Positions 25,043-33,639 of a stretch of DNA of 33,639 bases are shown here, in pieces. The notes beneath the pieces were generated by a model that searched no databases, was not told the DNA's origin, and saw only the letters and a program-made list of their open reading frames with translations. The translations under genes and the position numbers were made by a program. Origin of the DNA: a virus. Lineage: Duplodnaviria > Caudoviricetes. Each line of letters starts with the position of its first letter. The first letter of the stretch is position 1. The stretch spans positions 1 through 33,639 of the IMG/VR virus record IMGVR_UViG_3300037423_000644; one strand, written 5' to 3'.

Positions 25043-26014
25043 TTACGCCAAGCTGTCCCACTTCACGATTCGGGCATTCGATGCAAGGGTATGCACGATG
25101 CCGAAGCCGCCGAGGTAGTACCACGCCACACCCTTCGAGCGGCCGTAGTCGCTCGGAATCTTGCCGCGCATCTCCTCGGGAACAGCGATCGCCTCGGCGA
25201 CGGTGTCGTTACCGAAGAAGAACATCCAGTCCGACTTGCCGTTGGTCCAGGTCGTCTGCGTGATGCCGTCCGTGCCCGTGCCCTTGGCGATGTTGGTCTG
25301 CTCGACGTAGCGCACGTTCTCGTAGCGGCCGATCTCGCCGTTCATGATCAGCTTGAAGCCGGTATCCGAATACTGGTGGATCGTCTCGAGGTTGTTCTTG
25401 AACGAGCGCAGGGTCGTCGGCCATGCCAGCGCGTAGTAGTCGTCGCCGAGATATGCAGGAATGTTTCTTTCCTTCATCGTGTCGACGATGGACTTCGCGT
25501 GCGCGTTGTTGAACGCGACGTTGTTCGTGCCGGTGACCGTGCCGTTGGTGTACAGCGTGATTGCAGCCGTATCCGTGCCACCCGTGGGGATGGCGCGCAG
25601 CAGCGTCTGGTTGAATTGCGTCCACGCCAAACGGTCGAACGTCTTGACGGCGTCGTTCTTCAGAACCTTCTGGATCAGCTCCTGCACCGGGAACTTCGAC
25701 AGGTTGTCCAGCTTGCCGGAGTACGGCACGCTGTTGCCCGCTTCACTGATCGTCAGGGTGCCCTGCGTGATCGTGAAGTTCGTCTCAGGCATCGTGTTCG
25801 TTTCCACGAGGTTTCCACCAGCGGTGGCCACATCAGAGAACACGTCCCAGGTGAAGATGTCACCCTTCTTCTTTCCTTGCTGCGACGCATCGCGAACATC
25901 GGCGAATTGGCGGAACTTCACCAGCGGCTGAACCGCCATGCGAAGCACGTTGGAGAGTTGGCGGCTATACATGAAGCCGCCGAGGCTGTTAACAGCCCAG
26001 ACTTGACCAGCCAT
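25043..26014 (-). CDS. major capsid protein (N4 gp56-like family)
   Basis: KFRQFAD, EAGNSVPYSGKL, NGEIGRYENVRYVE and DYGRSKGVAWY; follows the scaffold gene. Confidence 0.9.
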   Translation of the reverse strand: MAGQVWAVNSLGGFMYSRQLSNVLRMAVQPLVKFRQFADVRDASQQGKKKGDIFTWDVFSDVATAGGNLVETNTMPETNFTITQGTLTISEAGNSVPYSGKLDNLSKFPVQELIQKVLKNDAVKTFDRLAWTQFNQTLLRAIPTGGTDTAAITLYTNGTVTGTNNVAFNNAHAKSIVDTMKERNIPAYLGDDYYALAWPTTLRSFKNNLETIHQYSDTGFKLIMNGEIGRYENVRYVEQTNIAKGTGTDGITQTTWTNGKSDWMFFFGNDTVAEAIAVPEEMRGKIPSDYGRSKGVAWYYLGGFGIVHTLASNARIVKWDSLA

Positions 26015-26045
26015 TGCTAGTCCTTTGCTACGTACAAAATGGGTT

Positions 26046-27074
26046 TCAAGCGCGCATCCACTGAGGACCGCCTCGGGCTTTCGCGATATTCGCGATCACC
26101 TCGCGCGGGTCTTCCTCGCCCTCGTCTTCCCTCGCGGCTGCCGGCGCACGCGAATTGGCCGGCTTTGGAGGTTGGGGGGCTGCGGCTTTGCGCTGTTGTC
26201 GATCCGCCGATTGGTCCGGGGCCGCGGGCTGCTCCTCGGCCGCAGGCTTGACAAGACCCGAGCGCCATGCCCGGATGTCGTCGCCGATGGCCTTGTAGCG
26301 TTCCCAGTAGCCTCTCTTGTCCCCTTTGGCTACGAGGCTCTGGTCCGTGCTCAGGGCCAGATTTCGCAGCACCGGGTCAGAGAGCACGTCTGCGTACTCC
26401 GACTTGAACCGATTGATCGCGTCGTTGAAGGTCAGGCGCTCGTCCACTGTGCGGGCCAGCTCCTCGGCGTTGAGCGCCGGACGCTGGGGCTGCTGCAGTT
26501 TTTCGAGAGCGGCCATGGCCTCTTCTTCGTCGCCCATTTGTATGGCGCGGACCAGCGCCCTTCTCTCTTCGAGAAGATCCGCCTCTGTCCGCCCACTTTC
26601 GCGGGGAGGGACTTCGCGGGTATTCAGTTGCTCGGCTTCGCGCTTCAGGCGAGCCGCCTCTCTCAGGTACTCGTCGGCGGCCTCGACCTTGCGGGCGCGC
26701 TCGACCATTTGCTCTTCGGTGAACTCACGCTCGACGCCATTGACCTTGAGCTTGTAGGTCTTTGCCTGAGGGTGTTCCTGGACGGGTTCGAGCGGCTTTT
26801 CCTCGGCCTGCTTTTCCTCGGGGTCTTCCTGATTGGCCTCTTCCTCGGCGCGGGCCAACTCCTGGCGCGTCGCGTCGTCCAGTTCAAACTCCGAGGTGGT
26901 GCCGTCGTCGTTGACCGACGCGAGTTCGTCTTTGCGGTCGGCGTCGTTGGCATCGGCAATCTGGTTCAGGAACGCAACGCGCGCGTCGTTTCCTGTCCCG
27001 ACGGCTTCACCGCCGCCATCGTCGCCGGGCTCGTCAATTCGATACAAGCGGGCAAAGTGTTTTTTGATCAGCAT
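26046..27074 (-). CDS. scaffolding protein
   Basis: Acidic helical protein with KLKVNGVEREF motif; between portal and capsid. Confidence 0.8.
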   Translation of the reverse strand: MLIKKHFARLYRIDEPGDDGGGEAVGTGNDARVAFLNQIADANDADRKDELASVNDDGTTSEFELDDATRQELARAEEEANQEDPEEKQAEEKPLEPVQEHPQAKTYKLKVNGVEREFTEEQMVERARKVEAADEYLREAARLKREAEQLNTREVPPRESGRTEADLLEERRALVRAIQMGDEEEAMAALEKLQQPQRPALNAEELARTVDERLTFNDAINRFKSEYADVLSDPVLRNLALSTDQSLVAKGDKRGYWERYKAIGDDIRAWRSGLVKPAAEEQPAAPDQSADRQQRKAAAPQPPKPANSRAPAAAREDEGEEDPREVIANIAKARGGPQWMRA

Positions 27075-27389
27075 TTACATTCCTTCAGGCTCTTCGTCCT
27101 CGAACTGGCGATGCTCCAAGACCTTCGTTGCCTGAAGACCTTGGGAAATCGCCTGCGTCAACCACTGTCGAATCCGCTCCGGGACTCGCACATTCATCTG
27201 CGCCGCCACCACCGCCTTGGCATCCGTGGCGTCCACTTCCTTCAACTGCTCGATGGCCGCCTCGTAATCGAGGTCCAGCCTCTGCGCGATGAATCGACCC
27301 ACGTCCGATCGCATGAAGGCATCGACCTGCTCGCCTAGCACGGCCTGCTCCACAAGCACTTCGGTTTGCTGGATGAAGTCCTGATTCAT
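27075..27389 (-). CDS. small helical protein downstream of portal
   Basis: ATGA-coupled to the portal; typical portal-adjacent position. Confidence 0.75.
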   Translation of the reverse strand: MNQDFIQQTEVLVEQAVLGEQVDAFMRSDVGRFIAQRLDLDYEAAIEQLKEVDATDAKAVVAAQMNVRVPERIRQWLTQAISQGLQATKVLEHRQFEDEEPEGM

Positions 27390-29602
27390 CGCTCCACTCC
27401 AACGGGCCGCGGCCGGGTGGCCTCGATCAGCATCTGGTGTTTCTGATCAGCCGCCTTCTCATGCAGCGCGCGCCAATGCGTGGCCAGTGCGCGCTTGTTC
27501 GCGCCGTCCTCGCGCATGGCGGCGATCTCGCGCTTGTTGGCTTCCTTGACCTGAGTCGTGGCAAGGGCCGTGTCGCGCCCGACCATGATCTTTTGCGCGG
27601 CGATCTGGTTGGCCTGCGTCCTGTCGGCAACTTTCTTTTGCAGTTGCTGGATGATTCCCTGCATCTGCTGCACCTGCTGCTGGAGCATGAGCACGTTGGG
27701 GTCCTCGTTTGAGAAGAAGCGCGAGCCGTCGGCGTACCCCAGATGCCCGAACACTTCTTTCATGACCTCTTTCAGGTCAAGTCCCGGGATGGGACGCTGC
27801 AGGATGCTTGACAGGGACTGCATCGCCGTCATGAATTTGTTCAGGCGAGCCGTCGGGTCCGTGGCTCCCATTCCGACATTGACGTTGATCGTGAGCTCTC
27901 GCTTGAGCAACTCGTCCAGATTCGGGTTGATTCCGTACTTCTGGAAGATGTTGGCTTTCTTGGCGGCCAAGGACATGACAACAACGTCCGTCTCATAGGC
28001 TTGCTCCAGCCTTGCCAGGTGCCGCAGAACCGGCTGCACGAACGTCTCCACGTAGGTGCGAAGCAGGTACTCCACCAACGTGCCCTGCGAGTTGCCAAGC
28101 AGCGCCATGTTGCGGGCCGGGTTGTTGGCCGCTCCATTCATCATGAGGCTGGCGGGATTGAAGTTGCCGAGCAACTCGTCCATCTCCATCCCCAGTCCCT
28201 GCGCCTCCTGGAACACGGACGCGGTGATGTCGTTCCACGACAGCTCGCGCACGTCGGTCTGCGGGTCATCCATCATCACGACGCCGCCCGCTACGTTTCT
28301 AACCAGCCCCTGAAGGTCCACGTCCTTTCCGCGCTTGACATAGAACTTCTTGTTAAGTGCGAGCTTGATGTTGTCCAGGCGCTGGTTGGCGAGCTCGTTC
28401 GTCTCGTCGGCCAATCCTCGCGCCAGCGTCGGAATTGCCGCCGGCAGAATCTTGTGCGTCTCCAGATTGCACACTCCCAGCACGTAGGGGCGAATGCCGT
28501 GCAGGCAGACCTCTTCGAGCGGGACGGGATCGCACAGCATGGCCCGGTCGCCGATGGTGTAGAAGTCCCAGTCCTTGCCGTCCTTACGGTGGATGTGTCG
28601 CTGCACCCACACGATCTCGTACTCGCCGATGCTGCGCGTGTCGGAGCTGTAGGGGTCGTCCTTGTTCTGCTGTCTCGTTGCGCGGGTGCTGTCCGGCGTG
28701 ATCTCTCGCGCCGCGGCGATAGCGTCCTCGCCCACCTCGAGCCACTCGCCGGACTCGATGCGCTCGCGCACGTCCATGACGTACATGGGCATCAGGTGAA
28801 TCCAGTACGGGGAGGTGTTCACCGGATCGATCCAGCTTGCGCCCGGGTCAAAGCGAACGTTCTCCAGCGGGATCAGGTCGATGCAGGGCTTGTCCTTCAC
28901 AACGCGTTGCTGAGTCGCGGCGGGGATTTGCATGGGCGTCGGCGCAGCGGCCTCGATCAGTTGGCCGTCCTTGTTGGCTGCCATCGCTCCAGCGGGTATT
29001 GCCGCCTGCTCCGGGAATTCCTCATCCACCGCCTGCTGCTCTTCGCTGTGGACTTGAGACTCGGGTTCAGGCTGCGCCTCGACGGGCGATTCCTCCTGCT
29101 CAAACTCCCAATACACATGCGCGCAGGCGGCTTGCTGTTTCTGTGCGTCCTGCAGTCCGCCAAGCACCACCTGGAACCACGGCACGCTCTTTGTGAGGCG
29201 GTACTGAAGCAGTTGCTTCATCAGGTCTGCCGAAGCGCACTCGACCTTGTCCGTCGGGTCCATCGCATCGGCAGACACAACATCCATATTCGAGAAGAAC
29301 GCCGCGGCGGCTGCTGCCTCGTTCTTTCGCATCACGGTTCGAATGCGCGGCCGATAGACGCGGCTGCGCTTGTCGTAGGCCGGCTGGTTGTACTTGGACT
29401 CGGCCGGGTGCTGGCTGTTGAAGGCGCGAAGGCCGTCTTCCCATTCCTTGCGGAAATTGGAGTCGAAGTAGTTGGTGCTCGACTCGAACGCGCGTTGCGC
29501 ACGGCGCAGCCAGTCGCGCAGCTCCAACGACGCGCCGCCGTCCGAGCCTTCGCCAGATTGCGCCGTCGGCGGCTTGTTGCGGGAGTCGGGCTGCATGGAC
29601 AT
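27386..29602 (-). CDS. portal protein
   Basis: About 738 aa from MSMQPD; NELANQRLDNIKL, NVNVGMG and Q-rich C-terminal coiled coil (barrel-like); synteny. Confidence 0.88.
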   Translation of the reverse strand: MSMQPDSRNKPPTAQSGEGSDGGASLELRDWLRRAQRAFESSTNYFDSNFRKEWEDGLRAFNSQHPAESKYNQPAYDKRSRVYRPRIRTVMRKNEAAAAAAFFSNMDVVSADAMDPTDKVECASADLMKQLLQYRLTKSVPWFQVVLGGLQDAQKQQAACAHVYWEFEQEESPVEAQPEPESQVHSEEQQAVDEEFPEQAAIPAGAMAANKDGQLIEAAAPTPMQIPAATQQRVVKDKPCIDLIPLENVRFDPGASWIDPVNTSPYWIHLMPMYVMDVRERIESGEWLEVGEDAIAAAREITPDSTRATRQQNKDDPYSSDTRSIGEYEIVWVQRHIHRKDGKDWDFYTIGDRAMLCDPVPLEEVCLHGIRPYVLGVCNLETHKILPAAIPTLARGLADETNELANQRLDNIKLALNKKFYVKRGKDVDLQGLVRNVAGGVVMMDDPQTDVRELSWNDITASVFQEAQGLGMEMDELLGNFNPASLMMNGAANNPARNMALLGNSQGTLVEYLLRTYVETFVQPVLRHLARLEQAYETDVVVMSLAAKKANIFQKYGINPNLDELLKRELTINVNVGMGATDPTARLNKFMTAMQSLSSILQRPIPGLDLKEVMKEVFGHLGYADGSRFFSNEDPNVLMLQQQVQQMQGIIQQLQKKVADRTQANQIAAQKIMVGRDTALATTQVKEANKREIAAMREDGANKRALATHWRALHEKAADQKHQMLIEATRPRPVGVER

Positions 29603-29606
29603 GGAG

Positions 29607-29945
29607 TCAGGCCTTGTCCTGCAGGTGCATGAACTCGCCATTCCACGAGCCGCGCGCAACGCCGCAGCGCTCGAGCAACTCACCGCCGCCCATGACGATC
29701 GCCTTTTCAAGCTCGGAGACGGAAGCTGCCTTGGCCGCATCTACCGTGTAGCCGTACCTGCCGTCGGAGATGGCCATGTTCTTGATGACCAGCGTCATCC
29801 CCGGCGCCCATCCGACGCACCAGACGTGCGCTGGGTAGTGGTCCGTGAGCTTTTGAGCGGCCATCTTTGCAATCAGCTCCATCTGCCCCGTCTCCTTGTC
29901 GACGGAGCCGACTTCCACGGTTTGGATATCGGCGCTGTTGTCCAT
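29607..29945 (-). CDS. phage hypothetical protein
   Basis: HYPAHVW...GGELLER.G..RG motif; coupled to neighbours. Confidence 0.75.
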   Translation of the reverse strand: MDNSADIQTVEVGSVDKETGQMELIAKMAAQKLTDHYPAHVWCVGWAPGMTLVIKNMAISDGRYGYTVDAAKAASVSELEKAIVMGGGELLERCGVARGSWNGEFMHLQDKA

Positions 29946-30154
29946 CAGCCCTCGTTGATGCCAAGGACACGCTCGGCCGCGTGCAGCAGCTCTTGCGCCT
30001 TGTCTTCCGCGGTGAGTGCGCCGCCAGCGGGCGCCAGCGATTCGGATGTGGGCGTCACGCTTGCCGCGCCAGCCGCGAAGATGGCTCGAAGCGCCGCGAT
30101 GTGACTGTCGGCCGCAGCGGTCTTGTAAAGGGAATCCAGCTCGAAGTCGTCCAT
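29945..30154 (-). CDS. hypothetical protein
   Basis: Fits the operon; TGATG overlap. Confidence 0.65.
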   Translation of the reverse strand: MDDFELDSLYKTAAADSHIAALRAIFAAGAASVTPTSESLAPAGGALTAEDKAQELLHAAERVLGINEG

Positions 30155-30164
30155 GTCCGCTCTT

Positions 30165-30380
30165 TCAAGTACCTACAGTTCCGTCGCCGTAAAAGCCCGT
30201 GTTGCTCTTGTCCGTGGAGTCGAACTTGCGACCGCCCGAGAACTCGTAGATGCCGTGGTCCGGGGCGTTGAACTCCGTCCCCCACGCTCTGGTGACCAAA
30301 TCCAGCCACGAGACGTTCTTCGTCGTCACCTTCGAGCCAAGGTTGTTCAGTTGCGCTTGCGTCGGCGGGCGGTAGCTCAT
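30165..30380 (-). CDS. hypothetical protein
   Basis: MSYRPPTQ start with AAGGA; ATGA overlap. Confidence 0.65.
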   Translation of the reverse strand: MSYRPPTQAQLNNLGSKVTTKNVSWLDLVTRAWGTEFNAPDHGIYEFSGGRKFDSTDKSNTGFYGDGTVGT

Positions 30381-30556
30381 TGCATTCCTTCGGGAGACTT
30401 GTACGGCTGCCACGCATAGACCCTGCCGCCGCAAGTCACCACTTCAGCGTCTTTGGGTTCATCGGGAAGCGACGGGACATGCGGAGCATGCAGAGAGTGC
30501 GCCATCTCGAAATCGGCGATGCCGGTGATGTCGATCCAGTGGCCCGTTTCGCTCAT
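30377..30556 (-). CDS. hypothetical protein
   Basis: MSETGHW start with GAGG; ATGA overlaps at both ends. Confidence 0.55.
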   Translation of the reverse strand: MSETGHWIDITGIADFEMAHSLHAPHVPSLPDEPKDAEVVTCGGRVYAWQPYKSPEGMQ

Positions 30557-30744
30557 TGCGCGGCCTCGCAAGACAGACGAATCTCGTTGGTGCTGTCGAT
30601 GACGAATGACAACTCTGTGCGCGCACCCGGTTCCACACGCCCGAGGACATCTACGGCAGGACCTCGGCCACCGATCAGCACCACGAGATCTTCGGTGGAC
30701 TCGCCATCGGTCTGGACGATGATCTTTCCGGAGATCGCCATCAC
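30553..30744 (-). CDS. hypothetical protein
   Basis: Overlaps the TerL stop; small beta-rich ORF. Confidence 0.55.
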   Translation of the reverse strand: MMAISGKIIVQTDGESTEDLVVLIGGRGPAVDVLGRVEPGARTELSFVIDSTNEIRLSCEAAQ

Positions 30745-32336
30745 ACGTACTCCGGCTCGAGGTAGCGGGCCTCGCGGTACGTCGGAGGGCGCGGCTCCAT
30801 GTCATAGATGCGCGAGGCGGCGTCTACGACGTCCTTCAACCCCATCGGGAAGTAATGAACCTGCAGCTTGAATTTCTCGCTGAGGTCATAGACCTCGTTG
30901 TTCTCGTTCTTGCGCTTGATCGGCTTGGCGATGCGGTAGCTGTAGCCTTCGGACTCCATGCGGCGCTGCACCGCGGTGAGGTTCTTTTCGTCCGTGGCAT
31001 ACGGCAGGTACAACTTGTGCGCGCGGATGTCCGGGCTCAGGCGCTGCACGCGATCGGTCTTGGAGCCTTCGGTGTTGCGCGGCCACGCCAGCTCCATGAT
31101 GTCGAAGTGCACTTTGTGCAGCTTTTGCTGCTCCTTGAAGTAGTCAAGGTCCGCCTGCGCGCCGAACGCCTCATAGCCAACTTTGACCTGCTGCACGCCG
31201 GGAGCCTGCTTCCAGCGGATGTAAAGGCGCGCCAGGTGCTCCCACCTCGCGCGCAGGTCCATCTTGTGCGCGAAGCCATCGAGCAAATACTTGTTGTTTG
31301 CGTAGTCCACGCCAATGGCAAGCATCGCTGTGTCGGCACTGTCTTTCTTCACCGAGCGCGCCGGGTCCACGAGGATGTACACAGCCAGCGTTTCCGGGCG
31401 CACCTCGTAGACCTGCAAGTCCTCGACATCGAACATGCGCTGATGCCCCGCGATGGGGTTTTGCAGCATCTGGCAGGCAATGTCGCTTTCGGTCTGGTTC
31501 CTCACCCGTTCGTCCCACGCCGCCCGCGTGAAAAACACGGGCTTGCCATCCACGGTTCCGTCCTTGGTGGCCGGATAGATGCGAGGCTGCAGCGCGCCGC
31601 GCTTGAGCATCCAGTCGTAGGCATCGGCGTAGCTGTAGCGCGTTCCGATCACCCACTGGCGGCCCTCTTGCACGCCCAGCGACTGGCTCAGCGAATAAGC
31701 GTCGATGGATTTCTGGATCTGCTCGGGAGTGCTGACCGATTCCTTGGTCACGACGTCGTCGTACACCCGCAGCTTGTAGTGCATGCCGGTAGGCATCCCC
31801 TCAACCAGACCCGACGCATCGACGGTGGGCTCCTTGGGGTTGCCCTTGCGCCTGACGATGATTCCTTCAGTGCTCCACGCCGGCGCCTGCTTGCCCGGGT
31901 TGTCCCACACGATGTCCGGAAATATCTTGCGCAGCTTGTCGTTGGACTCCAGCTCACGCTTGATCTGCGACAGGAACAGCTTGGCCTGATCCCCGGTGTG
32001 GCTGAAGATGCCCACCGTAATCTCGGGGTCGCGCAGGATTTCCTGCAGCACGCCGCCGAAGGTGATGATCGTGGACTTGTAGTGCTCGCGCGCCCACAGG
32101 TCGATGTGGTTGTCCGGGCTTTTTTCGACCTCGCGGCAGCGCTCATACAACCACGGATGCAACAAGTCGGTCCGCCCGCACACCTGAACCAGCAGGAAGT
32201 AACGATCCCACTGGCACAGTGCGCGAACCATCTCCAGGTTCTTGCCCCGGTTGGATCGGCGGTCCCACTCATCGAAGACGTCCGCGAACGGGACATCCAG
32301 CATGCTCACGCCGTCGTATTTGTGCAGCGCGCTCAC
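30741..32336 (-). CDS. terL: terminase large subunit
   Basis: GTG start; deviant Walker A AREHYKST, Walker B LRVYDD, coupling motif GTRY, nuclease VDPA...D and C-terminal DVVDA. Confidence 0.9.
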   Translation of the reverse strand: MSALHKYDGVSMLDVPFADVFDEWDRRSNRGKNLEMVRALCQWDRYFLLVQVCGRTDLLHPWLYERCREVEKSPDNHIDLWAREHYKSTIITFGGVLQEILRDPEITVGIFSHTGDQAKLFLSQIKRELESNDKLRKIFPDIVWDNPGKQAPAWSTEGIIVRRKGNPKEPTVDASGLVEGMPTGMHYKLRVYDDVVTKESVSTPEQIQKSIDAYSLSQSLGVQEGRQWVIGTRYSYADAYDWMLKRGALQPRIYPATKDGTVDGKPVFFTRAAWDERVRNQTESDIACQMLQNPIAGHQRMFDVEDLQVYEVRPETLAVYILVDPARSVKKDSADTAMLAIGVDYANNKYLLDGFAHKMDLRARWEHLARLYIRWKQAPGVQQVKVGYEAFGAQADLDYFKEQQKLHKVHFDIMELAWPRNTEGSKTDRVQRLSPDIRAHKLYLPYATDEKNLTAVQRRMESEGYSYRIAKPIKRKNENNEVYDLSEKFKLQVHYFPMGLKDVVDAASRIYDMEPRPPTYREARYLEPEYV

Positions 32337-32827
32337 GCCGCTCCCCGCACCATGGACTTCAGGGCCGAGGAATCGCGAAACTCGATGGGGCCGCCATCGG
32401 CTCCGACGTGCTCTTGGGTGATCTTGTCGCCGTACTTCTTGGGCGCCACCTTGGATGCGTACCACTTGCGCGCATCCACCCTCAAGCGATTGCGAGCCAC
32501 GGCAGTCGCATCAAACGCTACTTCGACATCGTCTCCATCGCCGCTCTTGAGAGTCACACAGTCCTCGTCGGCAATCTCGACGATTTGCTCGGCATAGAAA
32601 TCCGCCTGTTCCTCGCGTGCGCGCGCGTACTGGTTAGCGAAGGCGGGGAAGTCTGCCAACCACTTGAACACAGTCGTCTTGGTCGGCATACCCTCATCGG
32701 AGCAAATCGAGCGCAAGCTCTCTCCAGCCGACAGGCGAAGGCAAATGGCATCGGCCGTCTCTTGCTTGAAGGACGACGGCTGGCCCGTTGGCTTCTTCTT
32801 GTTGGCCGGAGGCTTCTTGGCGGTCAC
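32333..32827 (-). CDS. terS: terminase small subunit (Sf6/P22-like)
   Basis: ICLRLSAGESLRSIC...MP...TVFKWL...YARARE...RLRVDARKWYASKVAPKKYGDK. Confidence 0.92.
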   Translation of the reverse strand: MTAKKPPANKKKPTGQPSSFKQETADAICLRLSAGESLRSICSDEGMPTKTTVFKWLADFPAFANQYARAREEQADFYAEQIVEIADEDCVTLKSGDGDDVEVAFDATAVARNRLRVDARKWYASKVAPKKYGDKITQEHVGADGGPIEFRDSSALKSMVRGAA

Positions 32828-33093
32828 TGTTGGTCGTAGTCCTTGGTGACAAGGAGGTCTTCGTCGCCATCACTGATCCAGCCAGCGACGCAGCCGATGG
32901 TTTCCGCGCGGCCCTGCAGGTCGGTAACGATGCTTTGAAGCCGAGCAAAACCTTCCGGCGCAGAGCCGAGAAAGAAATATCCGTTAGGCGCCATCTCCTG
33001 AGCCAAGTGGGAGTAGCCGCCCTGAGGGGCTACAAAGCCACTCGAGGATGAAAACAGACGCCGCTCATGCTCTTGCAGTTGTGCATCGAGCAT
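32824..33093 (-). CDS. hypothetical protein
   Basis: Coupled to TerS (GTGA) and to the upstream ORF (TGATG). Confidence 0.6.
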   Translation of the reverse strand: MLDAQLQEHERRLFSSSSGFVAPQGGYSHLAQEMAPNGYFFLGSAPEGFARLQSIVTDLQGRAETIGCVAGWISDGDEDLLVTKDYDQQ

Positions 33094-33314
33094 CAGTCGT
33101 CCCCGCTATACCCAGCGTAGCCGTTGTAAGCCGTGCGCGGTCCATAAGCGTCACGCTCGCCCACTGCGGCATACAGGCGCATTCTTGCGGGGAGGTTGCC
33201 GTTGCCGTTTCGGGCGATCACCGCGTCAAGCTCGTGGGAGCCGGTGAAGTTCGGCGTGCCCCTCCAGTCCTTGGGGCAGCACTCGTGATTCGGGCAATTC
33301 GGCGCGGCTTTCAT
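33093..33314 (-). CDS. hypothetical protein
   Basis: MKAAPNCPNHECC start with AAGGAG RBS. Confidence 0.65.
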   Translation of the reverse strand: MKAAPNCPNHECCPKDWRGTPNFTGSHELDAVIARNGNGNLPARMRLYAAVGERDAYGPRTAYNGYAGYSGDD

Positions 33315-33327
33315 CAAGCTCCTTCGC

Positions 33328-33349
33328 AAAAAGGGCGCACTAAGGCCCT
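33328..33349 (-). terminator. possible terminator at the head of the late operon
   Basis: AGGGC-CTTAGTGC-GCCCT-TTTT; the stem is short. Confidence 0.4.
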
Positions 33350-33420
33350 GATGCTTTGCTCGAATCTATTTGTCGCGCGTCGAAGTTAGTAGGGCAGAAA
33401 TTGCTTTTGCGATTCTGTGT

Positions 33421-33639
33421 TCACACCGGCTCGGCGACATCATCCAAACCGGACCAGCCCTTTGTGATCGGGACGCTCGCTTGTGGCTGCTCCCTTGTGT
33501 AGTCCGCCTCGAATTCAGCAGCGGTCAAGTACAGGTCGCGCCCTCGGTCCTGCACGTAATAGCCGCCTGCCTTGGCCTCTTGCGAATAGATCCACGCCGA
33601 CCAGACGTGACGGATGTGGCCGCCTTCCAATTGCACCTG
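33421..33639 (-). CDS. 3' part of a hypothetical protein running off the window
   Basis: GGYYVQ...YLTAAEFEADYT motif; frame is open to the window edge. Confidence 0.6.
   Translation of the reverse strand, partial: QVQLEGGHIRHVWSAWIYSQEAKAGGYYVQDRGRDLYLTAAEFEADYTREQPQASVPITKGWSGLDDVAEPV

Noticed and set aside
32060-32100. TerL Walker A lacking Gly (AREHYKST) as a sign of inactivation
   Set aside because: Deviant RxxxK[ST] Walker A motifs are known in terminases, and the other motifs are intact.
8386-32597. Long + strand ORFs (8386-9702, 14254-15423, 23670-25118, 26025-27338, 28001-29632, 30855-32597)
   Set aside because: Antisense shadows of GC-rich genes, with no motifs or RBS.
1-33639. 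CRISPR array, DGR/retron, invertible fibre cassette, stop-codon recoding
   Set aside because: No spaced repeats, reverse transcriptase, invertase or TR/VR pair was seen, and genes read intact in the standard code. Short or degenerate repeats could be missed by eye.

Overview
The whole window is a GC-rich temperate tailed-phage segment with podovirus (P22-like tail and ejection) architecture. A Betaproteobacterial host is plausible but is only an inference. The left end (+ strand) carries an xis-like gene, an attP-like tRNA-Leu 3' end (266-288) flanked by repeated CCCAC(G) motifs, a tyrosine integrase and three small ORFs. From about 33600 down to 2190 on the - strand runs one tightly coupled late operon: TerS, TerL, portal, scaffold, N4-gp56-like capsid, decoration-like and paralogous proteins, HNH, a second fibre with partner, a methyltransferase-GT9 fusion, adaptor, gp10-like protein, three probable ejection proteins, a PurD-like ATP-grasp ligase, tail fibre with partner, the lysis cassette, an HslV-like Ntn peptidase and a metallophosphoesterase. 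The best candidate for an undescribed system is two modifying enzymes translationally coupled to Ser/Thr-rich structural genes: the SAM-MTase-GT9 fusion and a PurD-like ligase with altered substrate motifs, suggesting virion decoration. Several small ORFs missing from the ORF track were read directly, including an antisense single-TM ORF at the position occupied by sieA in P22. All family calls come from motif recognition by eye; no database searches were run.
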